DNA of 62,310 nt, counting the filler, from Choristocarpus tenellus KU-1152 (taxonomy: Eukaryota; Protista; Phaeophyceae): the NCBI GenBank assembly GCA_964200185.2. It is 10 parts of 10 records of this genome, joined end to end, with 100 filler letters (N's around TTAATTAATTAA, not from the genome) between each part and the next. Parts side by side here need not be neighbours in the genome. Positions count along the whole stretch, not along the records: positions 45,272 to 53,512 come from CAXNAD020004944.1; positions 53,613 to 56,583 come from CAXNAD020023266.1; positions 56,684 to 62,310 come from CAXNAD020010202.1; 7 more parts are not named here. The stretch is one strand, 5' to 3'. Every line of letters starts with the position of its first letter. Within the stretch, counting starts at the first letter, position 1. Both the position numbers and the translations under genes were made by a program. The notes beneath the pieces were generated by a model. It was not told the DNA's origin and ran no database searches. It worked only from the letters and a program-made list of their open reading frames with translations. Positions 49,105 through 62,139 of the stretch are shown here, piece after piece.

Positions 49105-52100
49105 GGATAGTTCGTTTGATTTTTTTTGTTTTTTGTTCTAGTTTTGATTCTCTCGCTGAGTTTGGTGCCTGCGGTGACAGTAAGTGATGTCACCATTGTG
49201 ATCACTGCTCTTTTCCTGTTGTTGAAGTGCGCAAGAAAGCATGTCAAGGTGTATCGACATCAGGAAATACATTGTTTTCTGTTTAGTTTGGATAGTATAC
49301 TCCAAAGAACTTATTATTGCGGATTATGAAGTGCTGAGGATACAAACAATGGCTGGAACAACTCTGGAGATAATTGTAGATAGTTAACCTGAAGGAGATG
49401 CGATAATGTAATATCATGAGAAATATGGCAGTTTGTTACAAGATCACAGCGAAAAAGGAGAAAAATCGTATATTCTATGCCAAGATGCGATCATTCAAGA
49501 TCAAAACCAGGCAACCTTTTTCTATTACACCTCACAGCTCTTGTAACTCCTATCCTCTCTAACTATTTTGGTATGTAGACTGGCTGCACAAGTTGGTGGT
49601 GACTTGGAGAAGACGTGCTCTCTCATCTAGTACTGTACCGTGGTACTCCTTAAGGGAACGTTCTAGAGTCCTGCAGCAATTGAAGTTTCGAAGTCTCACT
49701 GTGTGTGCCTGCATCAAATGATCATTCATCATCACGGTGAGGTAACCCCAAGTACGTCTTCAGGTTCCTTTTTATATATTGCTGAGTGAAATAAGCTGAG
49801 ATGAATACAAAATAGCATGACCACCTTCAATCGTTTGATAGGTTATGTTCTCGTAGTTTCAGCCCTTCGAATGGTCGAGCATGTTTAGCTGGTGTCGCGA
49901 AATGTTGAATAATCACTGTCGTGCTGATACGGAAGACGGGGACACTTCTTTCCGAAGCAGCAAAAAATTATCCGCCTCCACTTTGCTGTCAATTCGTCAC
50001 ATTCCAACCGCTGAAAACACTTCGTGGAAGGTTTGTGATGAGACAGGGTAGAATGCTCAACTCACTCCCATTTAGTTCCTCAAACAGATGCTTGAATCTG
50101 GGTGGGACTAGGTGCGAGAAATTGTTTTGCTTTTTTTCCGGCGAGCTATTACGGGTATGGAGAAATTGCTGACAACGTAGTTTCTTTATTTTATGGAGAG
50201 GCCTTGTACAATTTATGTATGCCCCTTATTGAGGTATCTAATGTGGACAGCTCTGACATGATACCCCAAAAATAGTCCCTGGTTTTACTTATCATCTCAT
50301 TAATATGAGAGTGGAGTGCGATCAGGATTTGTGGTTTGGTTGTTCTTAAAAGTTCTCTGCGGTCCCAAACATACCACTATCCTTATAATCAAAATATTGA
50401 CCATACACAAGCATGAGTGCATTACTTCTGCCACCACGACTAGATTCGTCTTTTTTGTTTTGTGCATACAGGAGATCACACCATACGCTTGCCCTGGTGC
50501 TGTAGACTTTCTCGCCAAGACTCGCATACTTGAAAAACGATTTTTTTTTTTTCATGGGGTTTTTATTGCTAGTGACCATGATGAAGAGAAGCACTACGGT
50601 CAGGCGATGATAGGTTCATCATCATATGATGTGTACAGACCCCCATCCAACTGTCCCCCCCCTTCCACACCACTTTGACAGAAATATTCTTCTTGTGCTT
50701 GAATCGCTTCGTACTTATCATGAGTTGTGTTCGTTTGGTCGTTTTGCATGTGTATCACTGAGAGTCCTGCATTTGTATCTTTCAAGGGTAATGGTGCCAT
50801 ATTCACCGGAATGGTTATTCATTTATTTCCTGCCTCCTCCGTGTCAACAATCACCAGAACTATTCAGCGTACTATGTATTGGTATAATAGTGAGCCGTCT
50901 TTTCTCAGAGGGGGGGGGTAATTGAGTATGTTGGTCCAACGTCAATGCCTTCTGGTACATGAGATCCGAATGACGTTTCTGCTCATGTAGGCAAATTTTT
51001 TTATCTTCTCTTTTTTTTTAGCTACAGCCTCCTAGGGAAGTTTAGCCGCTCTTCAGGTATGGGAACAGGGTGTCAGGCAGATTGATTAAAAATAACCTAA
51101 ATATAAAAAAAAGGCCTCAACAGACCCTCCTCTAATATGAATGACTCAGTACAAGCGATCGGCAGGTACTACTTCCTGGTATTACAGAGTCAGTCCAAAA
51201 AAAAGATGACAAGTTCCCTTGCCAACTATCAATCTCCTCAGAGTACTGAGCGAAGGGAAATTCCTGCAATGGAAAATGCACTTCAATGCCATCTCACCAG
51301 ATTCTTCTTGAAACCTTTTTATGCCCCATGCTCTCAAAATATCTTAGCCAATCAGAAATCAGAAACTCCCACCTTTTTTTTTCCTCTCTTTTCCGAAGGT
51401 ATTGGCTGGAGTAGATATAATACAAGGTATACAAGTGTAGTACTATAGTAGTACTATCACAACAGTAGTAACTAGCCCTTAAGCTCTGCAGGGTCACATT
51501 GCTGCCACCATCCATGGAGCCCACAGTCCATGTAGTGAGTGCATCACATCGTGAGGAGAGAGGAACAGGGGGAAAAGACACAAAGGGCCTTCACTCCACT
51601 TCCTTAGCTCCTTCAAGAATTCACTGCGACTCAGCTTACATGTTGTTAAGAATATTCTTTTACTCATGTGTAAAAGAAGATTCTGTGTAAGAAACAATGT
51701 AAGGATGAAGATACAATATTTGTGTTCTGAAGAATAGAAGAAAAGGTTGGACTTCAAGAACTAGAATATGGAAGAGTTCAGGAATAGGAACCATTGTGGG
51801 AAGTAATCTGTGATTGGTTTGATTAGTCATTCACAGAATAGAATCGATTTGGTGGCAAGGACCCCCCTCCCCCCTCCCCCCCCCCTCCCTTCTTGGCTTT
51901 GATGATCCCTCCTTCCTTTCACCTTCCATACTTCATGTACAGCCTGTTCTGCACAGTAAGGAACTAATCGCGTCATCTATATTAACAGGTCTCAGGAACA
52001 TCAATTTCTTTTCACACATGTGTCACCCAACTTAAAGGCCATGTATATCTTGTTCCCTATGACACACAAAGCCTTGAAAAACTCGAACGCGGTTGCACCA

Positions 52101-53112
52101 GTGCCACAAGAAACACTGATAATCCCGTCACCAATCGATATGCAAGAGTGAATACAGGTCATTCGCCAACAAAATAGATGGGACGCAGACTATTGCCATT
52201 GCAGGACGGAGGTGACTGCCTTCTTGGACTAAAATGGTCACAAGCAGACTTTGCTGGAGTGGTAGGCAGCGGCAACAATACAGGATGAGAAAAGGCTGAA
52301 AAATTAAAAAAAATACTTGCCATCCCTCTCCATCATTACACTTCCAAGAAGAGGTATTTTGAACTAGGATACTTGAACATAATTTTGAACTTCAGTGAAC
52401 AAAATTGCCTTGGGACACACCAACAAAATCACAGCAAATAAACAAAGGCAACAAAAGACATATTAAACACACACACACACACACATCCACATCCACAAAA
52501 AAACGGATAGCACCAAACACCCAAAAGCATAGAACTCGCATACATCCAATCCGCATTCCAAACAAAATACCATAACAGCAGGAAAATCATCACAGCAACA
52601 GTAGCCCCTCCATGAGGAATACATGTCATTGCCTCGCTATGAATAAAGACAAAATCCCAATATCATTACATTAATCATGTGATATCGCACTTGTCGCAAA
52701 TACAGCACACACAGGCACACACGCCCATGTACTCTCCAGTATCACATACCCTACACACTCATCACAATACATCAAAACTAGAATCAAATGTGGGGGACAA
52801 GGTGGGGGGACAGGGCAGGGGGGGTGGGGGGGGGCGGGGGCGGAGGGGCATCACAGGTAACTCACCATGATAACCAACGCAGACAAACACAGACAAACAC
52901 AGACACAGACATCAAAAACAATAGATCATACGACCCACTTCATCACACCACATCAAAAACAACGGACCATATAATCCGTTTCGTCACACTAAACAGAACC
53001 ATCCCTATCCCTAACCCTAACCCTAACCCTCACCAAGAAAAAGAAAAAGAAGGAACCCTACTAATACCAACAAATCGCCACAGCCAAAGAAACCACAACT
53101 ACAACCGCCCTG

Positions 53113-53407
53113 TCACATCTCCTCGATCTCACCATCCCCTCCCCCATCCGACCCCAGGGCCCAGTCCAGCAGGGCCTCAGCCGCTCCTGGCACACACGCA
53201 GCCGGGGTTTCAAACGTTCCTATGTACGCACACGTCTCCGGCTCGGAAACCCCAAGGAGGCGATCTTCCGGCCCACACACCATTGACACACGGAAAGACC
53301 TGTTGGGGCCATTCCAGCAGCGCTGGCCACCATTAAAAACAAAAATCTCGCCGCTGAAGAGGGGGCTTTGTCCTCCTTCAACACCTCCCACTCCTCCTGG
53401 TCTGGCG

Positions 53408-53441
<34 letters not shown>

Positions 53442-53512
53442 CTAGCCCCTTCGGGTCGTTCGGCGGGGCTGGGTCCCGGGGGGGGGGGCGGTAGCTCCGA
53501 ACGTTCTAAATT
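53113..53512 (-). CDS. Glucosidase II beta subunit (PRKCSH-like) terminal exon with MRH domain
   Basis: FNGGQRCWNGPNRSFRVSMVCGPEDRLLGVSEPETCAYIGTFETPAAC is the MRH C-terminal signature. The part upstream of the poly-C tracts has an unreliable frame. Confidence 0.88.
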
Positions 53513-53791
53513 NNNNNNNNNNNNNNNNNNNNNNNNNNNNNNNNNNNNNNNNNNNNTTAATTAATTAANNNNNNNNNNNNNNNNNNNNNNNNNNNNNNNN
53601 NNNNNNNNNNNNCTCCCCCCCCCCAGATACTTTGAGTCTTTGGACCACACAACACCCCAGCATAGCTCTTCAAGCAGGACTCTTCAAGTAGGGCTTCTTC
53701 TCCTGCAAGTTCACCCCCTGGAACCATGCCATTTCCCAGTCCGCTCAATCAATGTTGATATTATATTTACCGGGGAATCTTACAGAAATAC

Positions 53792-55656
53792 CTGGGAGAA
53801 GAACTCTTCAGTCACCAGGTCAGACCACCTTCGGTGAATGTGCCAGGGCTTGCACGGGTGAGCCACATCCGCCACCTGGAGGTCCAAGTTTAGGTTCAAG
53901 AGAAAAGGCTTGGGGAGTGACAGCGACGAAATTATCGAAAAAACGTAGCAACTTCTACTGCGCAAATCGAAAAAACGTAGCAACTTCTACTGCGCAAATC
54001 GAAAAAACGTAAGACACGCAAAGCTTGCGTGCAGCTTGTCACTGTAGATTTCCCCATCTGTGCTATGATTGATGCCAACTATGGAACAACAGAGTGTACA
54101 GAATGATTACGAGGGTGAAATCTTGTATCGTATGCAACAGAATGGGAAATTGCGTGATCGCTGATTGTGATACCATAGGTTTACCTTGTTGTTTTGCTGC
54201 TATAATAATTTTTTTGTTTTTTTTGTTCCGCTGGTTTAGGTTTAGTGTACAGCACCTTGGCGATGATGCATCAGGATCACTGATACCGACCACATAATCG
54301 GCATGCTGGCTATTCGTTCACAATTCAAGGGATGTGAAGGGCGTAAAGTTTGGCTCTGGGCGCAATCCAGAAAATCCTAAGGAACTTCCTAAGAAAGAGA
54401 AGACTGGGTTCAGTCGAGCTTCACTCCCCCTTACATATTGTCATGAGTAGCAACGGTTTAATCAGGTCAGTGTAAGAAATTGAGAAAAAAAGCTGAGACC
54501 ATAAAAACAAAATTCTGCCGCTTTTTTGGTTGTCAATATGCTCCAGAGTACGTGAGCAGTTTTTTTTCTCTTGGATATTTGTTCGGTAAGTTCTTTTTTT
54601 TTCCCCTCTCATACCTGCATACCCCACTCGCCTCAAATGGCACTCCAAGAATCTCTGCGTGGGTATCAGAGTTTGTAATTAATACGACAAATCTCAGGCT
54701 TTGCTCTTTACAGGAGTCAACACCTTCAGACGTATATTCTTTGAGTCTTCCTTGAGCACAACATAAGCAGTTTCCCATCTCAGATAGCGCAGGAGATTGT
54801 GCCTCTGGCAACCCTAACCCTAATCCTAAGACCTAACAAAAGAGAAAATAAGGAAAACATTTTGTGCCTTTGGCACAGCCCCTCACCAGCAGAGAGATCT
54901 CTTGGCTCTTGGAACTACACACCACCCATCATTCGGCATGCTTCATAAACCTCATCTTGTGCACCAACAGTTGAATCAGGGATATAAATATACATATATA
55001 GCTCAAAGTATCTGGGTGTGTGTGGTGGCTGTCCATTTGGGGACAAATTTTTCATGTCACGAAATTTGTGTGATTTGGTTGCATGTGTCAAATGGATAAT
55101 GTAAGTGCACTCCTCCTGGTTATGGTCCAAATAGACACCCTGGTGTAGTCCCCCCCCCCCTCCCCAGATACTTTGGGTCTATTGACAGTGTGGTTTTTAT
55201 TTTAATCATAGTTCTAGTTCTCTCAGTTAACAACACTACCATTTACAGGACCAGTAAGCATTAGATTAAAACATAACGGGCAGGGGATAGTCTAGTTGTC
55301 TGTATCACACATGGGCCATGATAGGTTGATGCTGCCCACACTCACATAACATCCGACTCTCTAACACTAATGAGCCTGTACTCGAAGTGAAAGGCTTGTG
55401 TAGTAGTGCGGGGAATCAGCCACTCGGTAAGTGGTGCTTTGTGCGAACATACCTTGAGGATCATCTGGAGAAGAATAATAGGGTGGTGGTGGTGGCTTCC
55501 GTCAATCTGGCAGGCTGCCCCAGAGCCGTGAGAGGCTGTAGCTGTGGTGAACCCCTTGAACTTTGAGATGTACTCGAAGGAGGAGGCCAGATCTGTGGCG
55601 AGAATGCACTTCACATAGGTATTTCGAAAGGCCTTGAGATCTTCGGTCTTCCAACC
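53792..55656 (-). CDS. Class I 3',5'-cyclic nucleotide phosphodiesterase, two catalytic-domain exons
   Basis: Exon 55656-55453 (..FRNTYVKCILATDLASSF..ILLQMILK) joins exon 53875-53792 (VADVAHPCKPWHIHRRWSDLVTEEFFSQ) in phase 0. Motifs ILATD, ADxxHPxKP, W..L.EEFF.Q. Confidence 0.92.
53934..54011. repeat. 32-bp perfect tandem duplication (about 2.4 copies) in the PDE intron
   Basis: ATCGAAAAAACGTAGCAACTTCTACTGCGCAA repeated. Confidence 0.9.
55000..55179 (+). mobile_element. MITE family A full copy, TSD TAT
   Basis: AGCTCAAAGTATCTGGG ... CCCCAGATACTTTGGGTC, flanked by TAT/TAT. Confidence 0.88.
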
Positions 55657-55808
55657 CTATTGCCGCCGAGTAGGAGAGGGGAGTAAGGGGTGTCAGGGTA
55701 GGAACGGCAAAAGGTGCAGAGAGGGACAGAGTCGATGGGCAAAAAAAAATGGTGTGTGTGTGTGTGTGTGTGATAGAGCGGGTTCCTGGGCAACAGTGTC
55801 ATGTTGTT

Positions 55809-56053
55809 GAGACAAAGTAAACGAGAGCATTCTAAGCCAGTCTTTTATTCAATCACAATTCAGCAATACTTCTATGGACGGAGTGCTATGTTTGACTTGA
55901 GAATGCTGAAATCTACATTGCTTGAAAAATCTTGACAAGGTTCAGAAGACATCTTGTACGGATTTTTTTTTTTTAAACAAAGGTCGAATTTTGTGCATAT
56001 TTTGTCAGCGTCCTTAAAATGCAACTCTTGGTACCTCTGGTCTACTTTGACTC
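55809..56053 (+). mobile_element. MITE family B copy, TSD GTT
   Basis: GAGACAAAGTAAACGAGAG ... GGTACCTCTGGTCTACTTTGACTC, flanked by GTT/GTT. Confidence 0.85.
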
Positions 56054-57161
56054 GTTGAATAGGTGAAACGTCATCCACAGGTCACTATTATTGTTACTGT
56101 TTTTACTATGTAGAGTACGATTTAATTTTTTTTGGGTCATAGATCCAAGTTTTTTTGTAGAGTATGGATGATAGTGGAATCATTACGTGTCATTCATTCC
56201 CTTTCTTCTTCCTCCTTCGGTCCGTCCCTTCCCATTGACATTATTTGGATGCAATGTTCGATTCAAAAGGCAAGATTCAGGGCTTCGTAAGAAGAACAGG
56301 GCGTAAGGCATCCCATTGATGATAGGACAGCGGTGTGTGTCACTGTGATTTTGGTATGATCCACCCAACCCCAACCCAGAGCCTTGCTGCGGTCCTGAAT
56401 TTTTTCCAGTGTGAATATTTATTATAGCACCATTTTGAACACGATTTGAGATATTTATAGTGGGACAGCGAACAGACTTTCCTGCAACCATAACCTTAGA
56501 ATATTTTATTGAAACCTTGTGAGTGGGCCAAAGTATCTGGGGAGGGGTGTTGGCGTCCGTTTTTCAACCTTCTTTCGATTTTCNNNNNNNNNNNNNNNNN
56601 NNNNNNNNNNNNNNNNNNNNNNNNNNNTTAATTAATTAANNNNNNNNNNNNNNNNNNNNNNNNNNNNNNNNNNNNNNNNNNNNGGGGTAAGGGATGTGCT
56701 GTTGTTTTAGTTAGGAGTTTTATGTAGTCTATCACTTTAGAGCAGGTGTGTGATAGGGTTACATATTGAAAGCATATCTGCAGGTTTCTACTGAGATTGG
56801 AGGTCAACGGCGAAAGATTGCCTGATACTACTAATAATAATAAAGTCTTTGTCACTTCAGCAACAAATGTCATTGTGTAGTATTAGTATGCTGTTGGACA
56901 GTTCGCTCCAGTTCAGTGGTATGTATAATAATACGCATTATCTGCTGTGGTGTATCTAAGAAGCAGTCTTGTCAACGCTGAGAGGCAATGAAAATGAGAA
57001 AAAATATCTAATATCATTGGGGGAATACCTCAATTTATGAGAAATGAAGATACCCTATCTTGTTAAACCCTGCATGTGTAGTCAGTGGCACTCTCCTACT
57101 TCATTTGCATGTCTTTTGGGGGGAGATTTTAAAATGTGTTAATTTTGCTTTTTATTTACAG

Positions 57162-59320
57162 GGGAGACTTCACCAGAGCAGGATACCAAGTAGGAGGCTG
57201 TACTACTACTGCCCAAGAGCTCTTATCAGTGATAACAGATAATCCGGAGCTGCGCCAGGGATCATTTGCTTGCAGCTTGGAGGTGATACTAACAGTGTTG
57301 TCCTTCACCCCCCTTTTTCAGAGTGCAAAAAAATTGCCTTTGCCTTACCAACTCCCATCAATGTTCATAAATTATATGGTATGTGCTTTGTAGGCCCTTT
57401 GCTGCAAAGTACATTAAGTGTCTGGACACGAGCAAATTATGTCTAGCAATGAATTTTTTAAGGCTACAGGCAGTGATCATGGAAGAAAAGAGTTGCTCAA
57501 CAAGTGGTGAAACTCTTCATTTCTTGTTAAGTGTCTGGCAGCTATCTCCAAATGTGAATGTTTCAATATTCAAATATGTTTCATGATACCAGTTTTTCTT
57601 TTTTAACACTTTTTTTCTTTTATTTGGCTTGTTCATTTTCAGCCCGCTCATCACTAGAGTCAATTTTGTTGAGGAACACGATGTCTGAAGGCACATAGCC
57701 TTTACGGACATAAACAACCACAAACCACTATTATCTCCGCTCCCCCCTCTCCCCATTCCAATATGTTTCCTTGACTTGTCTTCTCGCAGGAGAAAGGAGC
57801 AATATTTGATCCTCTATTGAAAATTTGATCTGTTTCTTGCTCCTATGAAATTGTGTGCTTGTTGTATCTCTTTTTTGTCTTGAATTCTAATTCTACCACC
57901 CCAGGAATATGCTGAGGCAAGGCTATTTCAGGTGTGGCTTCAAGAGCAACGCTTGGCTTCTCGATCAGAAGTTGGGTTGGTTGACACAGAAGAGGTGATT
58001 AGTTGCATGACTAAAATCACCTTTGTAAGTGTCTTGGTACTTTTGGGGTACCTTTAAGTGGGTACCACTATAGTTCACGGTTGGTTGGTTGGTTGATCCC
58101 ATATAAATCATCAGGGTCAATACCAGAAGTGTGTTCTTCTTCATACAATTCTGAAAGATAATACTCTGGTGCTTACCAAGAAGTTGAGTGGATTGGGTGG
58201 CTGTGTAGATAAACCATTGTGAAACATGTCCCTACAAGGCTTGTGGTGGTAAGGGGACTTAGTAACTTGGTAATTAATTATTTATGTTTGACATTGGGAG
58301 TAGAAATTGAATGTCAAGTTTAGTTAGTGCACCACTGTGTGTGAGTATTATTTCTATTCTACTCATTCATATATTAGTGAAGTATGAAGTAGTTATGATT
58401 GCTTCTGCTGCTCACCTCCAGCTACTCCTGTGTTACCTCTCTGTTGCCTTGCATGTTTTTGTAGTACTTAGGTGGCCTGCTTGATCTAACAGGTGAGATC
58501 TGTCGCTATGGTGTTGCAAAGGCTACTGAACGTGATTCCGTTGCACTGAAGCAATGCTTGGAGACAATCGTGGCGGTGAGATAACATTGATATGGGTGTA
58601 ATAATGGAAATGGTGATTCAACTTTTTTTTTGTTATTGAGGAACTGGGGTCACTGCAGTTGTAGATGAAGGTAGTGCCTTTAGTCAACATTGTGCAATCA
58701 ATAGGAATTGGTACAAGAAAAGCTTCGTATGTTAACACACTTGTATCTTGATTACGCATCCCCCCTCTTCTTGATTGATTGGAATGTTTTTTGTTCTGGG
58801 TGAGGACACCCTGAAGATCCATGACTGTGCCACAATGAACACACTTCCAGGGAAGCTTTTCCGGAAGAAAAGAGAGCTGACCAACTCCTTACAAAAGCTC
58901 GAGGTAAGTAGTACCTGTGTAGTAGATCGTAATGAGTTGAGCATTCAATCTCATTATCAGCTAACTGTGCACATTTGTTTGTTTGATACGCACCTTCAGT
59001 AAGGTCTGACCTGGGTCTTGCTCTGAGGTCAAATTGATGCTGAGGAAACTGTTGATTGTTGAGATATGTTGGGCCAACTAATCACCCTCAGTTCTCCATC
59101 TCTGATTTACTCAGTTTCTCAAACTGCCACCTTGAGTTGCTGCATTTTGCAACACACACGATTCTAACCTGTGGAAAACCGTGCATTGCTACATCATCCC
59201 CTTTCTTGTGCTACGGGGGTATGTTAGAACATGACATACGAGCTTGCCCTACTCAAGGCGGGCAAAGGCATAGCAACTGGGTCGTTAGACAGCTTGAAGG
59301 AGGATAGAAATGATGTGTGA
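57162..59320 (+). CDS. Translin/TRAX (C3PO) family protein, 5' end missing
   Basis: Exons 57162-57282 (GDFTRA..PELRQGSFACSLE), 57905-57994 (EYAEARLFQVWL..DTEE), 58465-58575 (YLGGLLDLTGEICRYGVAKAT), 58817-58903 (..KLFRKKRELTNSLQKLE) and 59228-59320 (NMTYELALLK..DV*). All are canonical and in frame. Confidence 0.92.
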
Positions 59321-60328
59321 ATAGAAACAAGTTACCTGAAAGTATTTACATGTTGCATGCAGACAGCAGTGTGCGTTGCTTTTATTTTATCCTTCCCCAC
59401 ATGACTTGAGGAGTAGTGAACTTCAACTTTCCTGTGAATTGTGCCTTCTAGAGTGTCAGTTTTGTAACAGGTCTTCTTGATTGATTGATAGACTCCAGTT
59501 GCACTGACTCTACAAGGGCAAACGTGTCCCCTTCGGATTTGTAAATTACGACATTTCCATTGGGTTTAGTTTAAAAAAATTGAATATCTGTAAGTGAGGA
59601 TATTAAGACATTAAGGAGCAAGATAACTAACTTACTACACACGTTGTCACCAAGTCATTGAACCACATGTTAAATGCTGAGGCATCCACTACCAAAACAC
59701 TCATATTACACACTACACATTTCAATATGCTAGAACTTCTTGAGGATTTGAGGTGAGGGCACCAAAAAAGTTAATTATATCAATTGAAACATTCTATTAA
59801 TCTTTATTTTCACCTTAATTTTGTCAAATAAAAATCTTGGGTACTCTCAAGATCAATTAGCCAATTCCAATTGGCACCAGACTCATGAAAAAAGATGAAA
59901 ACATGAGTTTCTCATCTCTCCTGCAAGTCCCAACATCATATGTTGTATTTGGGCTATATTTCTATTAGAGCATTAAATTGGATTTGAAAGTGTGGACTGC
60001 TTCATACAAAAGACAAGCATGAAAACATCTATACAAAAGTTGAGACTGATGTTTAGATAATCTTCATTAGTGTTTGATAGGCAGCAAGAGCTTCAAAGAG
60101 AGGGTGGGAAGAGAATATTCAACTGTAACAACAAATCTTCCCATGCTTGTAAGTATTTTTCAGCCGGAACCTGGAAGTTACTAATGGAGACACCAACATA
60201 ACAAGGCCAAACAAATCTAACAACTTTTCCCAAGTAAAAAAATAGAGATCACACAATGCAACCAGGGAGGATTCCCTGTCCCCTCTCCTCTCCGGTGAAA
60301 ATCCCATCTGTACTGGTTTACCATCACA

Positions 60329-62139
60329 TCACTGCTTGATGGTTCTAATTGGTTTGAGCATGTACTTGCTCTTTGCTGTTACATACAGCACCACGCCTAG
60401 GCCCGTCAATAGGATCCCTGCCCCACTCCCCAATGGCATATCAGACCCAAAGAATACCTGTTTAACAAGTGAAAGCCAATGAAGGAGAAGAGGGGTGTGT
60501 ACATGTGTATAGGCGTAGCGTAGGCTCTCATGCATGCAAGAAGACCTTTTCAAACAAATATACCCTCTCATAAAAAGATCATAGATATGGAGAGGGGACA
60601 AGTTGACATCAATGGTCACTGAAAGTTAATTGGGTTCATACAGCACTACATTAGAGTGTGTGACTTGAAGGTGAGAAGCTTGCAGAGCAGCCCATGTTTT
60701 TTTGGATTAGAGTTAGGGATTAATTAATTAAACCTGGTCCACTACACTGCAGTTTCCTCTTTTTACTCAGAACACCTCCAACCCTCGACCTTTGCAAAAT
60801 ACTGTTGTTGTCTCTTCTCATCAAGGAAATTATTATGGAGTAACACTAATGTAAAGAGCCTGTTTACGTACATGTTAAAATAATTTGTTCTATATTGACT
60901 ACAAAGTGCCCAATCGTTTGTTTACCTGCCCACCACACGAGAAACATCCTGACAATCCACATACGCATAGAAAAAATATGAACATCAATTCCGTTGATGA
61001 AATATACAAAACAAGCCCACCCACTCACCCCAGAAGCAGCTAAGATGGCTACAGGCTTCACCACCAACGCCACAGCGGTTGCCAGCGGCCCCAATTCTGA
61101 CAATATTGAAAAAGCTAGTTCATTTGACAAGTAAAGACCCATGCCCCCAACTATCAGCCCCTTCACCAGCGTGCTTTCTCCAACCGATGCCACTGCTCTC
61201 TCCCAGCCTGAGGCGACCTGGAGCAAATACAGCACAGTACTGGTCAGTCTTAGAGTAGAGCTAACATAACACAGAGAGATAGCCTTCCTTTGGGTAAAGA
61301 GTAAGGACATCAGGGGCAAACCATTACCTCATTTCAATCCCGGCAGAGGGGGGAGGCACCTCTGGTTATACTTGGGGGTGATAGATTCTGGTTGTTGTGC
61401 TACTGTTGTCTCCTTGTGGCAGTATATGTACTGATTACGTTGGTTCAGCTGTTGCTCGGCTGAACAGAGAGTTGCATATCAACTGTACAATGATTACATA
61501 CGTAGTTTGCAAATGGTGATTTTTGACTGGGTGATGCTGGTGATGCTAGGAAGGTGCTGTTAAGTTCTGCACACCTCATTTTGACCATGCCACCGTGTGA
61601 AGTGCATTCAGGTCTTGCAAAGAGTAGTTGGTCTGGGGCTGAGGCAGGTGTCAAGTTGGAGGACCTTGAGAGTCATACTGTCGTAACCATTGGTCCAACA
61701 AATGTGAACAAGAGGAAGGAAGGTACCTACTTTCTTCAATGATAAGGGTATTCTAGAAAACTGGTCTGGAATTATCGGAATGTCAACTTCATTGTTTCCA
61801 GACTAGTGTCTATTTTGCAGGAATTGTGTGTCACCATGGAGTTGAAGGAAAAATTCCAGTATGTGAATAATCAGAGAGTGTTTCAAATGGCTCACATACT
61901 GGATATGTGAGGGTTAGGGGCTGGGGACAAGGCATTGGTTGAGCTCCAACATACACTCAGCTTTGGTACTCACGGCTCTGTATAAGCGTTGGTACTAGCA
62001 CTGTACTGCAAAGCACTGTAAAGATACATACCTGAGCCCCTTCCATAATCATGGTGAAGGGTATGATGCTCAAAAAGGCCATCATCGCAATGATCCCATA
62101 CAGGTCCCCCCCCCTTGGCATGCCCAACTCGCCCATCAC
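60329..62139 (-). CDS. Triose-phosphate/sugar-phosphate translocator (TPT/EamA) family membrane protein, last three exons
   Basis: Exons 62139-62032 (..DLYGIIAMMAFLSIIPFTMIMEGAQ), 61217-61029 (..GMGLYLSNELAFSILSELGPLATAVALVVKPVAILAASG) and 60457-60329 (VFFGSDMPLGSGAGILLTGLGVVLYVTAKSK..*). They match the TPT pattern YxxNExAF..L..L.P...AV....K.. Confidence 0.8.

Noticed and set aside
54533-54811. ORF containing MGNCLCC (myristoyl/palmitoyl-like start) nested in the PDE intron
   Set aside because: No further coding signal or homology is recognisable; likely chance.
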